A stretch of 64,000 nt of DNA from Planktothrix tepida (GTDB taxonomy: Bacteria > Cyanobacteriota > Cyanobacteriia > Cyanobacteriales > Microcoleaceae), in assembly GCF_904830955.1 (NCBI RefSeq), contig NZ_LR882970.1; one strand, given 5' to 3'. Below the pieces are notes generated by a model. It saw nothing but the letters and a program-made list of their open reading frames with translations. It made no database searches and was not told where the DNA came from. A program made the position numbers and the translations under genes. Position 1 is the stretch's first letter, and every line of letters begins with the position of its first letter. This document shows positions 60,693 through 64,000 of this stretch, piece after piece.

Positions 60693-61427
60693 TCATTCTT
60701 CATCTATCCAATGCCAAAATTTAAACTGATAATTTATTCCCTCAATGGCTAAAGTTGCTCTATAGTTTTCTGCGGTTTGAATTGTTTTTAATGTCCAATT
60801 TTGGGCAAGTTCTGAATTTTGGGAAATCTTTAAAATTTGTAAGACTGAACTTAAAGGCGTTTTAATTTCAATATCTTGTAACCCCACTAAGCCTTCTCCC
60901 GTTGCTTTTAAATAAGCTTCTTTGCACGTCCAGAGTTGAAAAAATCCAGCATATTGTTCTTCTAACCGTAAACAATTTAACCATTGATATTCGGAATCAC
61001 AAAAAAAACGTTTAGCCAAAGAAAGGATTTCAATTTTACGAATATATTCAATATCTACACCGATATTTTTTTCCAAGGCGATCGCATAAATAGCTTTTCC
61101 ATAAGAATGAGATAAATTAAAGTGTAGGGGTAAGGGATTTTGATCTAAACAAGGTTTTCCTTTGGAACTATACTTAAATTTAATCTCTGCTGGTGACAAA
61201 GTTAAATACTGACTTAAAATCATTCTTAGAGTTCCCCGTGCGATGATAAATGCTTGTTGATCTTTTTCAAACTTAAAGCGTTCAGCCCGTTTTTTTTCAT
61301 CAGCAGAAAGAATCGTTTGGTAAAATTGAAGAGATGAAAGCGATCGCTTCAGGTTTGTTTGCCAAACATGAATACTTTGGGAAGATAACTGAAAATTTGA
61401 TGAAGTTGCCAATAAATGATTATCCAT
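60693..61427 (-). CDS. Sfp/HetI-type 4'-phosphopantetheinyl transferase
   Basis: PPTase motifs (…FNLSHS…; …VGVDIE…; WTCKEAYLKATG). Confidence 0.75.
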   Translation of the reverse strand: MDNHLLATSSNFQLSSQSIHVWQTNLKRSLSSLQFYQTILSADEKKRAERFKFEKDQQAFIIARGTLRMILSQYLTLSPAEIKFKYSSKGKPCLDQNPLPLHFNLSHSYGKAIYAIALEKNIGVDIEYIRKIEILSLAKRFFCDSEYQWLNCLRLEEQYAGFFQLWTCKEAYLKATGEGLVGLQDIEIKTPLSSVLQILKISQNSELAQNWTLKTIQTAENYRATLAIEGINYQFKFWHWIDEE

Positions 61428-63789
61428 TACGATGATGAACCTGTTGATATAATTGTTGTAATGTTTGTCCCTGGGTAGGAAATTCTGTAATTTTTACCTC
61501 ACAAACGACCTGAAATCGTTGTCCTTCCAAAGTGGTAAACACCTGCTGTCGGAGAGAAATCAAGACATCAGATAGGTGTTCCTGAGCTTCTGCTTGAGTT
61601 AACCCCGGCATTCCAACAACAAATTCCCCATTTCCCCAATATCCAATTGTTTCAACTCCAACTGTAGTCATTCCTTGAAATAAACGCCCCCACCGTTGCA
61701 AAACTTGATAGCCAATCAAATGCCCATATTCAAGATTAATATCATGTAGTTGACTAAAACTTAATACTCCCAAAGAAAACGGTTGTTCTAATTGTTGACA
61801 CTTCTGGATTTGTTGTTGTAATTCTTGGCTAGACTGGAGATAATTTGCTAACCCTGTAATCGGATCTTTTGTAGATAATGTTTGTAATAATCGAGTCCGT
61901 TCTAAACGGTTAGTAATGCGAGTTAATAGTTCTGGCCCCATGACGGGTTTGCTGACATAATCATCCGCCCCCGCCGCAAATACCTGTTGAATGGTTTTAC
62001 TATCACAATGGGCCGTGAGAAATACAATCGGTAATCCTTGCCAATGGGGATCAGCCCGAACCGTTTGGCAAAGTTCGATCCCACTGACGGGGGACATTTC
62101 CACATCTAAAATTAATAAATCCGGTGAGACAGATTTCAAAACCTCCCAAAACCGCAGGGGGTCGCTGAGTCCCGTCATTCTTATCCTCCAAGGCTCTAAA
62201 ACGGGACGCAAGGTGGCTAAAAATAAGGGGTCGTCATCGACAACCAAAACATTGACTTTGGAGTGCGGAGAGGCTTGTAAGAGTTGGCTGGTGGCTTCCC
62301 AAATTTGGGTTGGGGTCACAGGTTTAATGAAGATTCTGCGACCCCCTGCACGAGCTACTGTGACTCGATCCATTAAACCTTCTGTGGAGGTTAGGACTAA
62401 GACGGGAATGGGAGGAGTGCGTTTGGCTAAATCTATGATCAGTTGGGATCGGTCTTCGGTTTTAATATCGGGATAGTCATTGAAAACAACAACCTCTGGA
62501 GTATTGAGGTTTAACCAAGTTTTTGCTTCTGCTAAGGTGGGGATTTGTTGCCAAGCTAACCCCATAGAATCTGCTAAAGATTGCAGAGCTTTTCCGAATT
62601 CGGGATCGGAATCAATTAATAACAGGCGAGGGGAAATCTCGGAAACTGAATATTCAGGTAAGGAACTCACATTGGGGGAAAGATTTATTTCCAAATTTGG
62701 GGGGGTTGAGGTCGGGAAAGGCAGAGGAGATTGATCGGTTTCAGACATTGAGTGAGGAAGTAACTGTTCTAATTCGTGAATATAGGAGTGTAACAGTTGG
62801 ATTTGCTCAAAGGTTAGGGCCTGATCTCCTTCTAAATTCTGTTCAATTTTTTTAGCAATTTCTGTCCCTTGTTCTAGGTCAAACATGGCTAGAACTCCGG
62901 CTAATTTATGGGCGGCTTGTTCGGCGGCGTTACGCAGGGAAGGAAGCAGAGTGTTTGTGGTTAAGGCGATCGCTAAATGTTGTAAAATCGCTAACCGTTC
63001 TATTAATAAATCTTGATATTGATTCCAGAGTTTTTCTTTAGCTTGGTTAAACTGTTGTTCTAGGGAAATTTCGATTGTGGGCTGAGGAGAATCAGCAGAA
63101 ACAGAGGGCGTTGTTTGGAGTTTTGCACTGAGACGATAACCCAACCCATAAACATTTTCAATCCACTCCGCCGCACCAACGGCTTTTAATTTTTGTCTCA
63201 GTCCTTTAATATGAGCTTTAACGCTTTCTTCTTGGGGTGGATCATCAAAACTCCACAAATATTCAATCAGTTCAGCCCGACTAAAAACCCGTGCGGGGTT
63301 TCGCATTAATAATTCTAATAAACTATATTCTTTGGGGGTCAAGGTAATGGGTTGATGGGCATAATGAACTTGACAAGTTACCGGATTTAGTTGTAAATTT
63401 CCAATTTCTAAGATGGAAGAATGGGAAACTTCACCTCGTCGTAATAATGCCCGAACTCTCGCTTGAAATTCTGCAATATCAATCGGTTTAATCAAATAAT
63501 CATCAGCACCCGCATCTAAACCTCGGATGCGCTCGCTTGTTCCGTCTTTAGCGGTTATTAATAAAATCGGGATGGTACTGCCTTGATAACGTAATTTTTG
63601 ACACAGCGTAATACCGTCTAATTTAGGTAATCCTACATCAATGACAATTAAGTTATAAGTGGTACTTTGAGCATATTCCCACCCCATTTGACCATCTTCA
63701 GCTTGATCGACAATATAACGCTGGTTGGTTAAAGATTGTACCAACATTGATGCAAAAATTGGATCATCTTCGATCAACAAAATTTTCAT
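61420..63789 (-). CDS. Hybrid multidomain response regulator: REC + OmpR-type winged helix + Hpt-like + REC(degenerate) + REC + degenerate GGDEF (GNGEF)
   Basis: Domain signatures read along the 789-aa translation. Its stop overlaps the PPTase start by 8 nt. Confidence 0.65.
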   Translation of the reverse strand: MKILLIEDDPIFASMLVQSLTNQRYIVDQAEDGQMGWEYAQSTTYNLIVIDVGLPKLDGITLCQKLRYQGSTIPILLITAKDGTSERIRGLDAGADDYLIKPIDIAEFQARVRALLRRGEVSHSSILEIGNLQLNPVTCQVHYAHQPITLTPKEYSLLELLMRNPARVFSRAELIEYLWSFDDPPQEESVKAHIKGLRQKLKAVGAAEWIENVYGLGYRLSAKLQTTPSVSADSPQPTIEISLEQQFNQAKEKLWNQYQDLLIERLAILQHLAIALTTNTLLPSLRNAAEQAAHKLAGVLAMFDLEQGTEIAKKIEQNLEGDQALTFEQIQLLHSYIHELEQLLPHSMSETDQSPLPFPTSTPPNLEINLSPNVSSLPEYSVSEISPRLLLIDSDPEFGKALQSLADSMGLAWQQIPTLAEAKTWLNLNTPEVVVFNDYPDIKTEDRSQLIIDLAKRTPPIPVLVLTSTEGLMDRVTVARAGGRRIFIKPVTPTQIWEATSQLLQASPHSKVNVLVVDDDPLFLATLRPVLEPWRIRMTGLSDPLRFWEVLKSVSPDLLILDVEMSPVSGIELCQTVRADPHWQGLPIVFLTAHCDSKTIQQVFAAGADDYVSKPVMGPELLTRITNRLERTRLLQTLSTKDPITGLANYLQSSQELQQQIQKCQQLEQPFSLGVLSFSQLHDINLEYGHLIGYQVLQRWGRLFQGMTTVGVETIGYWGNGEFVVGMPGLTQAEAQEHLSDVLISLRQQVFTTLEGQRFQVVCEVKITEFPTQGQTLQQLYQQVHHRNG

Positions 63790-64000
63790 GGTGAGTTTAA
63801 TCTTTCCCTTGAAATGCGATACCTTCCCGACTTTTTCCCGATCCTACCTTAACTTTAGATTTGAGAATTCCTTCTGACTCCAACTCAAACGGTTTTTCTC
63901 GGTTTATTCTCCAGTGTAACGTACCTGTAGATAGGCGTTATCTTGGGTTCTACATTGAGAAGAAGCAAGGAAATTAATTCCTCACTTCTTCTCGATTTAT

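Overview
This is a 64 kb chromosomal window from a cyanobacterium, probably a filamentous one. Indicators are abundant HIP1 (GCGATCGC) octamers, STRR-type heptamer and octamer tandem repeats, petJ, a HetI-type PPTase and a cyanobacterial RNase E with an Arg-rich C-terminus. Housekeeping genes include purL (partial), tadA, plsC-like, rne, petJ, a SEDS FtsW/RodA homologue, prfC, aqpZ and a Bcp peroxiredoxin.

Four things stand out:
1. A petJ-petR-petP copper-switch locus (about 11.2-13.9 kb). It includes a downstream His-rich periplasmic protein, and a 26-bp operator-like motif is shared by two of its promoters.
2. A low-GC accessory island at about 21.9-28.2 kb. It holds a sensor-less HTH-NB-ARC ATPase, a patatin phospholipase and a TnpB relic. 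Its core is a three-gene cassette: a 64-aa leader/core-like peptide with a C-terminal Trp/Cys motif, an all-alpha enzyme with an isoprenoid-synthase-type DDxxD motif, and an M50 (S2P-like) intramembrane metalloprotease. This cassette resembles a ComX/ComQ-type isoprenylated peptide pheromone system or a minimal RiPP-like cassette, and it is the best candidate here for an undescribed system.
3. A 15 kb pilin-associated glycosylation and methylation island (31-46.6 kb). It contains a pilA-like pilin with its terminator, two TPR-GT41 (OGT/SPINDLY-like) proteins, a GT4 protein, a 1383-aa multi-methyltransferase/GT giant protein, and an uncharacterised ~100-aa domain present in four copies across three proteins.
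4. A ~170-bp element, carrying a sigma70-like TTGACG-N17-TATAtt promoter, present as an inverted pair (27.9 kb and 49.5 kb) that brackets a 21.5 kb segment.

Also noted: a sensor histidine kinase with a plant-ETR1-like ethylene-binding domain; a 30-nt x 6.5 in-frame tandem repeat inside rne; a 1.2 kb structured leader upstream of rne; and a multi-REC/Hpt/degenerate-GGDEF regulator whose gene overlaps the PPTase gene. No rRNA, tRNA or CRISPR was found.
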